Positions 12,061-23,352 of a DNA stretch of 64,000 nt are shown here, piece by piece. Every line of letters begins with the position of its first letter. The first letter of the stretch is position 1. The notes below the pieces were generated by a model. That model ran no database searches. It was not told the origin of the DNA and saw only the letters and a list, made by a program, of their open reading frames with translations. Position numbers and translations under genes: made by a program. The stretch is from an uncultured Acidimicrobiales bacterium. Lineage in GTDB: Bacteria; Actinomycetota; Acidimicrobiia; Acidimicrobiales; RAAP-2. Location of the stretch: the NCBI GenBank assembly GCA_963734435.1, contig CAVTHA010000010.1:26546-90545 (forward strand), in the 5' to 3' direction.

Positions 12061-14224
12061 GTGGCCTCTCCGCGCACGCTGCGTGACCTGAGCCTGCGGC
12101 CCGTCTCGGTCCTCGAGAAGGTGTCGGCACGCAAGGCGGTCCAGCTCGAACAGTGGGGCGTCGAGACCGTCTTGGACCTGCTGACGACGTTCCCGCGCCG
12201 CTACATCGACCGCACGGCGCAGGCCGACGTGTCCGGGCTCGAGGTCGGCGCCGAGGCGGCCATCCTGGCCGAGGTGCAGCGGGTGCGTTCGAGCGGCGGT
12301 TACAACCGGAGCCGCAAGACGCCCGTCACCATCACCGTGCGCGACGAGACCGGCGCCCTGGACGTGGTGTTCTTCAACCAGCCCTGGCGGGCCAAACAGC
12401 TGACCGAGGGCACCGAGGCCATCTTCTGGGGCAAGGTCGGCGACTACCGGGGCACGCGGCAGATGGTCAACCCGGTGGTCGACGTGGTGGCCGGGGTGGA
12501 GGAGCCCACGGTCGGCCGGCAACGGCGCACCCTGCGGATCCTTCCCATCTATCCGGCCTCGGCCAAGGCCGGACTCACCAGCTGGGAGATCGGCACCTTC
12601 GTGGAGGAGGCGCTCCGGCGCGCCGGGGAGTTCGTCGACCCGCTGGCCGGCCCGTATCTGGCCGAGCTGGCGCTGTGGGACCGCACCGCGGCCATGCGGG
12701 CCATCCACGACCCCGAGTCGATGGAGGCCGTCGCTCCCGGCACGGCGCCGCCTGATCTTCGACGAGCTGTTCCGTCTGCAGCTGGCCCTGGTGCTGCGGC
12801 GCCGGGCCTTCGAGCACAACGCCCGGGCCCTCCGCCACACCGTCTCGGTCCAGGAGATCACCGGGGCCGTCGACGGCACCCTGGTGGCGCGCTTCCTGGT
12901 CGGCTCTGCCCTTCGAGCTGACCATGGCCCAGCGCCGCACGCTGGCGGTGATCGCGGCCGATCTGGCCGGCCCGTTCCCCATGCACCGCCTCCTCCAGGG
13001 CGACGTCGGCTCGGGCAAGACCGTGGTGGCCCTGGCCGCCCTGCTCGGGGCGGTCCAGAGCGGGTACCAGGGGGCGCTGATGGTGCCGACCGAGGTGTTG
13101 GCCGAGCAGCACGCGGTGGCGGTGCGGCAGATGCTGGGCGACCTGGACGTCCGGGTGGAGCTGCTGACGAGCCGGGTCAAGGGGAAGGCCCGGGCCGCAC
13201 CTGCTCGAGGAGCTGGCGCAGCGGCGACATGGCGATCGTGGTGGGCACCCACGCCCTCCTCACCGACGAGGTCGCGTTCAAGTCGCTGGGCATGGTGGTG
13301 ATCGACGAGCAGCACCGCTTCGGCGTCGAGCAGCGGGCCACGCTGCGGGCCAAGGGGGGCGAGGGCGACCCCGACCTCCTGGTCATGACGGCCACCCCCA
13401 TCCCGCGCACGGCCGCCATGGTGATCTTCGGGGACCTCGACCTCACCACGCTCGACGAGATGCCCCCGGGCCGGGTGGCGATCACCACCACCTGGTTGCC
13501 CGACCCGGCCGACGAGCACGCTGGCCTGGGACCGGGTGCGCCAGGAGGTGGCGGCCGGCCACCGGGCCTTCGTGGTCTGCCCGTTGGTGGGCGACTCGCC
13601 CCGGGTCGAGGCGCGGTCGGCCACCGAGGAGTGGACGCGTCTGGCGGCCACCGAGCTGGCCGGCCTGCGGGTGGGTCTCCTGCACGGCCAGATGCCCCCG
13701 GCGGCCCGGGAGGAGGCCATGGCCGAGTTCCGCCGCGGGGAGACCCAGGTGCTGGTGGCCACCACGGTGATCGAGGTCGGCGTCGACGTGCCCGAGGCCA
13801 CGGTCATGGTGATCGAGAGCGCCGACCGCTTCGGCATCGCCCAGCTGCACCAGCTGCGGGGCCGGGTCGGGCGCGGCGCCCTCCCCAGCTGGTGCTTCCT
13901 TCTCGGTGCGGGTCGGCGACGACGGCGGTGGCCGGGGAGCGCCTGGCCGCGGTGGCCCGCACCAACGACGGGTTCGCGCTGGCCGAGGACGATCTGCGCC
14001 TGCGCGGCGAGGGGACCCTGTTGGGGGCCCGCCAGCAGGGGCAGACCGATCTGCGGCTGGCCTCGTTGTCCGATCCGGAGGACCGGGCCCTCCTCGACGA
14101 GGCCCGGCGGGTGGCCGAGGCCATCGTCGAGGAGGATCCGCAGCTTGCCGCGCACGAGCCCCTGGCGGACGAGATCCGCCTGTTCCTGAGCGAGGACGAG
14201 GCGGAGTACCTGTTCAAGAGTTGA
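12061..14224 (+). CDS. recG: ATP-dependent DNA helicase RecG; at least 5 apparent frameshifts
   Basis: Wedge/N-terminal domain in ORF 11956..12921; helicase motif I ([19 protein letters not shown]), [70 protein letters not shown], and C-terminus [28 protein letters not shown]. Confidence 0.9.
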
Positions 14225-14297
14225 TCGGGCCCGGCACGGTCTGCGAGCTCGCGCCCTGATCGGGCCGGCCGCACGTATCGGGTCTACCCTGAGGGCG

Positions 14298-14829
14298 GTG
14301 CGCGTCATCGGAGGCCGGAGCCGGGGCAGGCGCCTCGCCGCCAAGCTGCCCGCCGCCGTCCGCCCCACGTCGGACCGGGTGCGCGAGTCGATCTTCGACA
14401 TTCTGGGCTCGCGGGGCGGGGTCGAGGGGCTGACCGTGGTCGACCTGTTCTGCGGGAGCGGGGCCCTGGGGCTCGAGGCCCTCTCACGCGGGCGCCGCCT
14501 CGGCCACCTTCGTCGACCAGGATCCCGGGGCCCTCGACGCGGTGCGCACCAACCTGGTGGCGGTGGGGCTGGGCGACGAGCCGGCCACCGTCGTCCGGGC
14601 CGCCCTGCCGGGCTGGCTGGCCGGGGCGCCGGCGTTCGATCTCGCCCTGTGCGACCCGCCCTACACCTTCGAGGCCTGGCCCGACCTGCTGGGCCGACCT
14701 GCAGGCCGACACGGCCGTCCTCGAGTCGTCGGCCCCGATCGCGCTCCCCGAGGGCTGGATGATCGCAAGGGAACGCCGGTACGGCGGTACGCTCGTCACC
14801 GTGGCTCATCGCACCGGAACCAGCTCGTG
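14298..14829 (+). CDS. rsmD: 16S rRNA (guanine966-N2)-methyltransferase; about 2 frameshifts
   Basis: [37 protein letters not shown]...[19 protein letters not shown]...DLALCDPPY. Confidence 0.8.
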
Positions 14830-14840
14830 AAGGCCCGTTC

Positions 14841-15337
14841 GTGAAGGTCGGCCTGTTCCCCGGATCCTTCGACCCCTTCCACAACGGACATCTCGAGATG
14901 GTCGAGCGGGCCACCCGGCTCTTCGACGAGGTGGTGGTGGCCGCCCTGCGCAACCCCCAGAAGAGCCAGGCCCTGTTCGATCTCGAGGAGCGCCAGAGCA
15001 TGCTCGAAGAGGTCGCTGGCCCACTCCCCGCGGTGCGCATCGTCTCGGTGTCCACGCTGGTGGTCAACGTGGCCCGCGACGTGGGGGCGACGGCCATCGT
15101 GCGCGGCCTGCGGGCCGTCTCGGACTTCGAGACCGAGATGCAGATGGCCCAGATGAACCACCACCTCTCGGGCGTCGAGACCATCTTCATCCCCACCAGC
15201 TCGAACTACTCGTTCATCGCGTCGAAGCTGGTGCGCGAGGTGGCCCGCTTCGGCGGCGACGTCTCCGCCTTCGTGCCCAAGGTCGTGGCGGAGCACCTCG
15301 GTCAAGAAAGTTCGCGGACGGAGAGGGGGAGGAGTGA
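14841..15337 (+). CDS. coaD: phosphopantetheine adenylyltransferase; frameshift near 15300 hides the native stop
   Basis: MKVGLFPGSFDPFHNGHLEMVERA...AIVRGLRAVSDFETEMQMAQMNHHLSGVETIFIPTS. The restored frame ends ...RKFADGEGEE with a TGA that overlaps the GTG start of the next gene (GTGA). Confidence 0.85.
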
Positions 15338-15847
15338 CCGACCAGTATCTCGAAATCGACGAGGCCGAGCGAGCAGGACGTCAGCGCCGAGGCGGTCCTC
15401 GGCCAGGTGCTCGAGATCGTCGCCGGCGCCAAGTCCATGCCGCTCTCCTCGTCGGTCATCGTCTCGCGCGAGGAGGTGACCGGCCTCCTGCGCACCGCCC
15501 TGGACCGCCTGCCCGACGAGTTGCGCCAGGCCCGCTGGCTGCTGCGCGAGCGCGAGGAGTTCCTGGCCGAGCGCACCCGGGAGGCCGAGACGCTGATGGA
15601 GGAGGTGCGGGCCCAGGCCGAGCGCATGGTGCAGCGCACCGAGATCGTCCGGCAGGCCAACTCGGTGGCCCAGCGCATCCTCGACGACGCCAACGACGAG
15701 GCCCGCACCATGCGCCACGAGGCCGAGGACTTCTGCGACCAGAAGCTGGCCGGCATGGAGATCGTGCTCGACCGGCTCATCCGGACCGTGCAGTCCGGCC
15801 GGGCCAAGCTGGCCGCCGTCCCGGCGCCGCACCCGGTCGAGACCTGA
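15334..15847 (+). CDS. coiled-coil protein, DivIVA/SepIVA-like (cell-division associated); one frameshift near 15375
   Basis: MTDQYLEIDEA...LGQVLEIVAGAKSMPLSSSVIVSREEVTGLLRTALDRLPDELRQARWLLREREEFLAERTREAETLMEEVRAQAERMVQ. Sits between coaD and yceD (DUF177), the position where mycobacteria carry Rv2927c/SepIVA. Confidence 0.5.
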
Positions 15848-15907
15848 GCCCAACCACGCCGGACCCGCCACCGAGGAGGACGGCTTCTTCGACCAGGACG
15901 TGTCCTG

Positions 15908-16435
15908 ATGGCGGCCGACCCCTTCGTCGTCCACGTGGCCCGGCTCCGGCGCAACCCCGGCGCCACGGCGCACGAGGTGCGCCGGGGCCCGGTGGTCCTG
16001 GCCGGGCCCCTCGACGAGCTGGGCATCGACCCCGGCCGCAGCGTGGTGCCCCTCGAGGCCGAGGCCGAGTGCGACATCACCCTGCGCTCGTTCAGCGGCG
16101 GGATCGACGCCGTGGGCACCGTCCGCGCCCCCTGGGTGGGGATCTGCCGGCGCTGCACCGTCCCGGTGCAGCGGCGAGCTGTCGCATCGCCGTGCGCGAG
16201 CGCTTCGGCGACGCGCCCGATCCCCGAGGACGAGCTCTACCCGATCGTCGACGACACCATCGATCTCGGGCCGCTGGTCCGCGACGCCATCGTGCTCGAG
16301 CTGCCGGCGGCCCCGCTGTGCCGGGAGGACTGCCGGGGCCTCTGCCCGCAGTGCGGGGCCGATCGCAACGAGGCCGAATGCGGCTGCGTTGCCCCGCCGG
16401 ACCCCCGGTGGGCTAACCTCGATGTGCTCCGGTAG
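15908..16435 (+). CDS. yceD: YceD/DUF177 (large ribosomal RNA subunit accumulation protein); frameshift near 16170
   Basis: Located immediately upstream of rpmF. Cys cluster CRRCTVPV...CREDCRGLCPQCGADRNEAECGC. Confidence 0.75.
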   Translation: MAADPFVVHVARLRRNPGATAHEVRRGPVVLAGPLDELGIDPGRSVVPLEAEAECDITLRSFSGGIDAVGTVRAPWVGICRRCTVPVQRRAVASPCASASATRPIPEDELYPIVDDTIDLGPLVRDAIVLELPAAPLCREDCRGLCPQCGADRNEAECGCVAPPDPRWANLDVLR

Positions 16436-16503
16436 CTGACCCTCGTCGGTCGGCCCGCCCGCCCCGATCCGCCCGCCCCCAATCCGATTGTTGGAGACCC
16501 ACG

Positions 16504-16684
16504 ATGGCAGTCCCGAAGAAGAAGACGTCCAAGGCCAAGGGCCGCAGCCGCCAGGCCGCCAACTGGGTGCTGCGCCGCCCGCCCCGCAGCGTGTGCCCGC
16601 ACTGCCAGTCGGCCAAGACGCCGCACGTGGTCTGCCCCAGTCTGCGGGTGGTACAAGGGGCGTCAAGCCGTCGAGGTCGACTGA
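16504..16684 (+). CDS. rpmF: 50S ribosomal protein L32; frameshift near 16640
   Basis: MAVPKKKTSKAKGRSRQAANWVLRRPPRSVCPHCQSAKTPHVVCPS, then in another frame CGWYKGRQAVEVD*. Confidence 0.85.
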
Positions 16685-16685
16685 C

Positions 16686-17723
16686 TTGAGCCGTCGCGGC
16701 GAGCGTCCGAGTGCGGAGGCGCTGGCCACACTGCCCGTGGCGGTCGACGCCATGGGCGGCGACAAGGCCCCCGGCGAGATCGTCGAAGGGGCCCGGCGGG
16801 CCGCCGACGACGGCATCCCGGTCGTGCTGGTCGGCCCGCCCGAGCAGGTCGGCGACACGCTCGGGCTCGCCACTCGTCGCCTGCACCGAGGTCATCGCCA
16901 TGGACGAGGACCCGGCCGGGGGCGTGCGGCGCAAGAAGGACTCCTCGCTGGTGCGGGTGGCCGAGCTGGTGCGCGACGGCAAGGCCTCGGCCATGGTCAG
17001 CGCCGGCAACACCGGGGCCACCATGGCCGCCGCGCTGCTGCGCATGGGCCGGCTGCCCGGGGTGGTCCGGCCCTGCATCGCCACCCCGCTGCCCCGCCTC
17101 GGCCGTACGCCGGCGGTCCTGGTCGACGCCGGGGCCAACGCCGAGTGCACGCCGGCCATGCTGGTGCAGTTCGCCCAGATGGGCGCGGCCTACGTGGCCG
17201 CCCGCTTCGGGACCACCTCGCCGACCGTCGGCCTGCTCTCCATCGGCGAGGAGTCGACCAAGGGCACGCCGCTGGTCAAGGAGACCCACGCGCCTCCTGG
17301 GCCAGCCGGCGCGGGACCGGGTTCGCCTTCGAGTTCGTCGGCAACCTCGAGGGCCGGGACCTGCTGCCCTCGCCGGCCGACGTCATCGTGACCGACGGCT
17401 TCACCGGCAACGTCGCCCTCAAGGCCCTCGAGGGCTCGCTGCGCTTCCTCTTCGACGCCATGCTCGGGGTCTTCGGCACGAACGACGAGACCAAGGCGGC
17501 GGCCGACGTCCTGCTGCCGTACCTGCTCCCGATGGCGGCCGAGTTCGAGCCGGAGAACACCGGCGGGGCCATGCTGCTCGGGATCGACGGCGTCTGCGTG
17601 ATCAGCCACGGGTCGTCGAACGCGGTCGCCATGGTCAACGCGGTGCGGGTGGCCTACGAGTGCGCCACCCGGGGTTTGGTGGACCATGTGGCGGCCGCCG
17701 TGCGCCCGCCCCAGGAGGGGTAA
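16686..17723 (+). CDS. plsX: phosphate acyltransferase PlsX; about 2 frameshifts
   Basis: LPVAVDAMGGDKAPGEIVEGARRA...MVSAGNTGATMAAALLRMGRLPGVVRPCIATPLP...VTDGFTGNVALKALEGS...GIDGVCVISHGSS. Confidence 0.85.
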   Translation: MSRRGERPSAEALATLPVAVDAMGGDKAPGEIVEGARRAADDGIPVVLVGPPEQVGDTLGLATRRLHRGHRHGRGPGRGRAAQEGLLAGAGGRAGARRQGLGHGQRRQHRGHHGRRAAAHGPAARGGPALHRHPAAPPRPYAGGPGRRRGQRRVHAGHAGAVRPDGRGLRGRPLRDHLADRRPALHRRGVDQGHAAGQGDPRASWASRRGTGFAFEFVGNLEGRDLLPSPADVIVTDGFTGNVALKALEGSLRFLFDAMLGVFGTNDETKAAADVLLPYLLPMAAEFEPENTGGAMLLGIDGVCVISHGSSNAVAMVNAVRVAYECATRGLVDHVAAAVRPPQEG

Positions 17724-17816
17724 AAACCCAGTTCAGAGGGCACAACCGGGCGCTCCTGGCCCGAAGACCGGTAGCATGACGGCTGCTGTCTCGAATTCGT
17801 CGACCCAGGAGCGCAT

Positions 17817-18113
17817 GTGCCCGCCGAAACCCACACCAACCAGGGCCCCCTCGATCGCAACGGGGTGTTTGCGCTGATCCGGGACCAACTGGCCGACATT
17901 TTGGAGACGGACCCGTCGACGATCACCGAGGGGGCGTCGTTCGTCGAGGACCTCGACGCCGACTCGCTGGCGCTGATCGAGCTGGTCGAGGGGCTGGAAG
18001 AAGAGTTGGGGGAGCGGACCGTGGGGTTCCGCATCGATGATGAAGACCTTGAAGATCTCCGAACCGTCCGAGACGCCGTTGACTACGTCTACGCCAAGCT
18101 CGAGGCGGGGTGA
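17817..18113 (+). CDS. acyl carrier protein (98 aa, N-terminal extension)
   Basis: DLDADSLALIELVEGLEEELG phosphopantetheine-attachment motif (DSL); acidic helical protein between plsX and rnc. Confidence 0.7.
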   Translation: MPAETHTNQGPLDRNGVFALIRDQLADILETDPSTITEGASFVEDLDADSLALIELVEGLEEELGERTVGFRIDDEDLEDLRTVRDAVDYVYAKLEAG

Positions 18114-18808
18114 CGCTGGCGCCGAGGGGGCGGCAGCACTTGCCGAACGGTTGGGCCACGAACTTCAGCGACATCAGCCTCCTCCAGCACGCGCTGGCCC
18201 ACCGGAGCTGGTGCGGCGAGCAGGAGGGCGGCGCGCCGTCCAACGAACGGCTCGAGTTCCTCGGCGACGCCGTGCTCGGCCTCGTCGTGGCCCGCTACAG
18301 CTACGAGCGCTACCCCCGCTTCCCCGAGGGGATGCTGGCCAAGGTGCGCTCGGCCGTGGTGAACGCCCGCGTGCTGGCCCAGGTGGCCGAGGGCCTCGGC
18401 GTGGGCGAGGTCCTCCTGCTGGGCCGGGGCGAGGAGGCGTCCGGCGGGCGGACCAAGGCCTCCATCCTGGCCGACGCCTTCGAGGCCATTCTCGGGGCCG
18501 TCTACCTCGACTCGGGGTGGGACGCCGCCGAGCAGCTGGTCCTGCGCGAGCTCGGGGACGCCATCAGCCGGGCCAGCAAGGAGCCGGACGACTTCGACCA
18601 CAAGAGCCGGTTGCAGGAGAAGGCCGTGCGCGACGGGGAGGGCCCGCCCCGCTACGTGGTCGTCGGCTCGGGCCCGGACCACGAACGGGCCTACGAGGCC
18701 GAGGTGTTCGTCGCCGGCACCCGGCTCGGGGTCGGGGCGGGGCGATCCAAAAAAGATGCCGAACAGGAAGCGGCTCGCAACGCCTGGGAGGGTCTGCAGA
18801 ATGCCTGA
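18110..18808 (+). CDS. rnc: ribonuclease III (intact)
   Basis: ERLEFLGDAVLGLVVARYSYERYP RNase III signature; dsRBD C-terminus KSRLQEKAVRDG...SKKDAEQEAARNAWEGL. Confidence 0.9.
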   Translation: MTLAPRGRQHLPNGWATNFSDISLLQHALAHRSWCGEQEGGAPSNERLEFLGDAVLGLVVARYSYERYPRFPEGMLAKVRSAVVNARVLAQVAEGLGVGEVLLLGRGEEASGGRTKASILADAFEAILGAVYLDSGWDAAEQLVLRELGDAISRASKEPDDFDHKSRLQEKAVRDGEGPPRYVVVGSGPDHERAYEAEVFVAGTRLGVGAGRSKKDAEQEAARNAWEGLQNA

Positions 18809-19700
18809 GTTACCCGAAGTCGAAACGTTGCGCCAGGACCTGTCCCGGGAGGTGCCGGGCAAGAAGATCAAGACGGTGTCGGTGGCCAACGGCCGCTCGG
18901 TGCGCCGCCACCCCTCGGCCAAGCACTTCCGCACGCCCCTCGAGGGCCGGACCATCAAGTCGGTCGGCCGCCTGGGCAAGTACCTCCTGTTGACGCTGGA
19001 CAGCGGCGACACGCTGGTCGTGCATCTGGGGATGAGCGGGCAGCTGCTGCGGGTCAAGTCGGTCAAGGACCCCAAGCCCAAGCACACCCACGTGGTCATC
19101 ACCTTCACCCAGGGCGGCGAGCTGCGCTACGTCGATCCGCGCACCTTCGGCGAGCTGTTCGTCTCCACCCCGCCCCTCAAGGCGGACGGCACCGCGTTGA
19201 GCCCGGTCTCGGGCACCGCGGGCGGGGACGGGGCGGCCATCCGCAAGGCCATACCCGAGCTGGCCCACCTGGGCTTCGACCCGGTCGAGGACATGATGAG
19301 CTGGGACCGCTTCGGCCTGCTGCTGCACCAGCACAAGGCCGGCATCAAGTCGATGCTGATGGACCAGAGCTTCACCGCCGGCATCGGCAACCTCTACTCC
19401 GACGAGATGCTCTACCAGGCCGGGTTGCGCTACGACCGTCCGGCCAACACGCTGACCGCCACCGAGGTCCGGCGCCTCTACCGGGCCATGGTCGAGACCC
19501 TGGCCGACGCCATCAAGCACCGGGGATCCTCGCTGGCCGACGAGCAGTACCGCGACCTCTTCGGGGAGGTCGGCGACTTCCAGGGATCCCATCAGGTCTA
19601 CGACCGCGAGGGCCAGGCCTGCCGGCGCTGCCGCAACACGATCGTGCGGGTCAAGACCGGCGGCCGCTCGACCTTTTTCTGCGACCACTGCCAGGTCTGA
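18804..19700 (+). CDS. mutM: formamidopyrimidine-DNA glycosylase (intact)
   Basis: MPELPEVETLRQDL N-terminus; C-terminal zinc finger CRRCRNTIVRVKTGGRSTFFCDHCQ. Confidence 0.9.
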   Translation, partial: PELPEVETLRQDLSREVPGKKIKTVSVANGRSVRRHPSAKHFRTPLEGRTIKSVGRLGKYLLLTLDSGDTLVVHLGMSGQLLRVKSVKDPKPKHTHVVITFTQGGELRYVDPRTFGELFVSTPPLKADGTALSPVSGTAGGDGAAIRKAIPELAHLGFDPVEDMMSWDRFGLLLHQHKAGIKSMLMDQSFTAGIGNLYSDEMLYQAGLRYDRPANTLTATEVRRLYRAMVETLADAIKHRGSSLADEQYRDLFGEVGDFQGSHQVYDREGQACRRCRNTIVRVKTGGRSTFFCDHCQV

Positions 19701-19784
19701 ACCGGCAGGTCCGTAAGGGCAGGTCGATGCCGGCCGGCCGGAATTGGCGGAGCCCGGCCACTCGGGACCACTAGGGTCGCCCCG

Positions 19785-22700
19785 GTGTTCCTGAAGTCGC
19801 TCAGCATGAAGGGGTTCAAGTCGTTCGCCGACCCGACCGTGCTCGAGTTCGAGCCCGGCATCACCGTGGTGGTCGGCCCCAACGGCAGTGGCAAGTCGAA
19901 CGTCGTCGACGCCGTCACCTGGGTGCTCGGGGCCCAGGGCCCCCGCTCGTTGCGCTCCGCCAAAATGGAGGACGTCATCTTCGCCGGGACCTCGTCGCGG
20001 GCCGCCCTGGGCCGGGCCGAGGTGTCCCTGACCATCGACAACGCCTCGGGGAAGCTCCCCATCGACCTGGCCGAGGTGACCATCACCCGCACGCTGTTCC
20101 GCTCGGGCGACAGCGAGTACGCCATCAACGGCGCGCCCTGCCGCCTGCTCGACGTCCAGGAGCTGCTGTCCGACTCGGGCGTCGGGCGCCAGCAGCACAT
20201 GATCATCGGCCAGGGCCAGCTCGACACCGTGCTCAACGCCCGTCCCGAGGACCGCCGGGCCATCATCGAGGAGGCGGCCGGGGTGCTCAAGCACCGGCGC
20301 CGGCGCGAGCGGGCCGAACGCCGGCTGGCCGGCACGGCCGAGAACCTGGAGCGCCTGGGCGACCTGGTGCGCGAGGTCCGGCGCCAGATCCGCCCCCTCG
20401 AGCGCCAGGCCGCCGCCGCCCGCTCGCACGACACCGTGGCCACCGAGCTGCTGACCATCCGGCGCTACCTGGCCGGCACCGAGCTGGCCGAGCTGTCCAG
20501 CCGCCGCAGCGCCGCCAGCCAGAGCCTGACCATCTGCCAGGAGGAGGAGCGGGAGCTCCACGCCGCCCTCGAGGTGCTCGATGCCGAGGCCTCGACCACC
20601 TCGGCCGAGCTCTCCTCGCACCGCGAGGAGGACCTGGCCCGGGCGCTCGGCCGGGTGCAGGGACTGGTCGAGCGGGCCCGGGGGACCTCGGGCGTGCTGC
20701 GCGAGCGGGGCCGTGCGGTGATCGCCGCGCTCGACGCGGCGGCCGACGTCGACGTGGTCTCCACCCTCGAGGCCGAGGCGGCGCGCCTGACCGCCGAGAT
20801 CGCGCCGGCGGCCGACGAGACGGCGGCCGACCCGGTGCAGGCCGAGCTGGAGACCGAGGCCGGCGTGCTCGAGCCGAGGAGGCGGTGCTCCGGGAGCGTT
20901 GGGCCGACGTGCTCGGGGACGACCTGCCCGAGGACGCCATGGCCAAGGTGCGGGCGCGCACGGAGCCCCTGGCCCGGGCCGTGGCCCGCGAGCAGCAGGA
21001 CATGACGGCCCTGGACGCCCGGCTGGCCACGCTGGAGCAGCGCCATGCGGCGGCCGCGGTCAAGGCGGATCTGCTCGACAACGAGTCGGCGGCACTGGAA
21101 ACGACCACGGCCCGGCTGGAGGCGGACGTCGCGACGAGCCGGCTGGCGCTGGCCGGGGCGACCGAGCGGGCGGAGGCGGCGCAGCGGAGCGCCGACGAGG
21201 GCGACCAGGCACGGCACCGCAGCGCGGCCCGGGCCGAGGCGCTCGAGCGCGCCCTCCGCGACCTGCAGGGGGCCGGAGGCCGCGAGCTCTCCGCGGGGTC
21301 GACGGCGTGGTGGGCTCACTGCTCGACCTGGTCGAGATCGACGAGGGCTGGGAGGCGGCCTTCGAGGCCGCCGCGGGCGCCGGCGTGGCCGCCGTGGTGG
21401 TCGACGGGCGCCAGTCGGCCCACCAGGCCCTGGCCACCTTGCGCGAGCGCGGGGTGACCGGCGCGGTGCTGGCACCCCGGACGAACGGGAGCAACGGCGG
21501 CCAGGGAGCCACGGCGGCCACGGGAGCAATGGCTCGCCCTTCGCGCCAGCCCCGGCCCTCGACCTGCCGGCGGGATCGGGCGCCCAGTCCGTCCGCCGCC
21601 ACGTGCGGGCCCGTCACGGGGAGGCCGTGGCTGAGTCCGTGCTCGATGCGCTGATCGGCCACGCCGTCCGCGTCGACGGCTGGGAGGAGGCGATCGACCT
21701 CTCGCTCGAGCGCAGCGACCTGATCGTGGTCACCCCCGAGGGCGACCGCTTCGCCGCCACCGGATGGCGGGTGCGCTCGTCGACCAGCGTGGTGACCGCG
21801 GCGGCCGTCGAGGACGCCCAGCAGCGGGCCACGGCGGCGGCGGCGGCGGCGGACGCGGCGCGGTTGGAGCTGGCCCGGTGCCGGACGGCGCTCTCGGAGG
21901 CCCGCGATGCGGCTGGCCGGGGCGGAGCGGGCCCTGGACCGTCACGTCTCGGCGCGCGCCACGGCGGCCTCGGACACCCAGCGCACCACCGAGGAGCGGC
22001 GGCGGCTGGACGAGGAGCTGACGGCGGCCCGGCAGGCCCGGATCGAGGCCGGGGAGCGGCTGGCGGCGGCGCAGGCGGAGCGGGACCGCTTGGCGCAGTC
22101 GGTGCCCCGGATCGAGGAGGCGGCGGCGGCATGGGGCGAGCTGGCCGTGCGGCGCCAGGCCCTGCGGGCGCGCCGCCAGGAGCTCGAGGTCCGGGTGGCC
22201 GGGTTGGCCGAGCGCCGACGTGTCCTGGCCGAGCGCCAGGCCGAGGTCGAGCGCCGCCTGCTCGGGCACGCCGAGGAGCGCGCCACGGCGGCCTCGCGGC
22301 GCCAGCGACTCGAGGCGGAGGGCGCCGCGCTGACCCGGTTGGAGGCGGTGGTCGAGGCCGAGCACGCCCGCCTGGACGGGATCTTCGACACCCTGCGCGG
22401 CGACTACCAGGAGCAGGTCGATGCCGTCCGCGCCGGCGGGGTGCGCCTCGAGCAACTCCGCCAGGATCGCCACACCACCGAGCAGCGCCTCGATGCGGTG
22501 CGCTCGCGCACGCGCGCCCTCGACCTGGAGAGCAACGAGGTCGCCCTGCGCTCCGAGACGCTCCACGAGCACATTGTGCGCGAGCTCGGCACCGTGCCCG
22601 AGGACCTGGTCGGGCTGCCCATCCCCGAGGTGCCCGAGGGCACCGGCATGGCGGAGCACGCGGCGGAGCTGGAGCGCAAGCTGGTGGCGCTCGGGCCGGT

Positions 22701-23319
22701 GAACCCGCTGGCGCTCGAGGAGCTCTCCTCCCTGGAGGAGCGGCACAAGGAGCTCGAGGTCCAGGTGGACGACGTGCGCGGTGCCCGGCGGGAGCTGCAC
22801 GAGGTCGTGCGGACGCTGGACCACGAGATCATGACGTCGTTCGCCGCCGCCGCCGCCGACGTCAACGAGCACTTCTCGACCCTGGTCGCCCTCCTGTTCC
22901 CGGGCGGCACCGGGCGGATGGTGCTGACCGATCCCGAGGACCTGCTCAACACCGGCGTCGAGATCGAGGTGCGCCCGGCCGGGCGCAACGTCCGCCGGGT
23001 GTCGCTGCTCTCGGGCGGCGAGCGGTCCATGGCCGCCCTGGCCTTCCTCTTCGCCGTGTTCCGGAGCCGGCCCTCGCCCTTCTACCTGATGGACGAGGTG
23101 GAGGCCGCCCTCGATGACGTCAATCTCCACCGCTTCCTCGGCCTCGTCCGTGAGTTCCGCCACGAGGCCCAGCTCCTCATCGTCAGCCACCAGAAGCGCA
23201 CCATGGAGACCGGGGACGCCCTCTACGGCGTCACCATGGCGCCCGGCGGCTCCTCCCAGGTGGTGAGCCAGAAGGTCGAGCGCCAGACCGAACAGATGGC
23301 CGAGAGCGGGCCGGCATGA
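19785..23319 (+). CDS. smc: chromosome partition protein Smc; about 4 frameshifts
   Basis: Walker A FKSFADPTVLEFEPGITVVVGPNGSGKSNVVDAVTWVLG; long coiled coils; hinge GVDGVVGSLLDLVEIDEGWEAAFEAAAG; C-terminal LSGGERSMAALAFLFAVF...FYLMDEVEAALDDVN...LIVSHQKRTMETGDALYGVTM. Confidence 0.9.
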
Positions 23320-23352
23320 CCGGAGGCGGGCCGGCATGACCGGAGGCTGCGC

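Noticed and set aside
12575-15196. 873-aa ORF on the minus strand
   Set aside because: It is antisense to recG, rsmD and coaD. Its translation is low-complexity and Arg/Pro/Ala-rich ([12 protein letters not shown]...), as expected for antisense frames of 70% GC DNA. No domain is recognisable.
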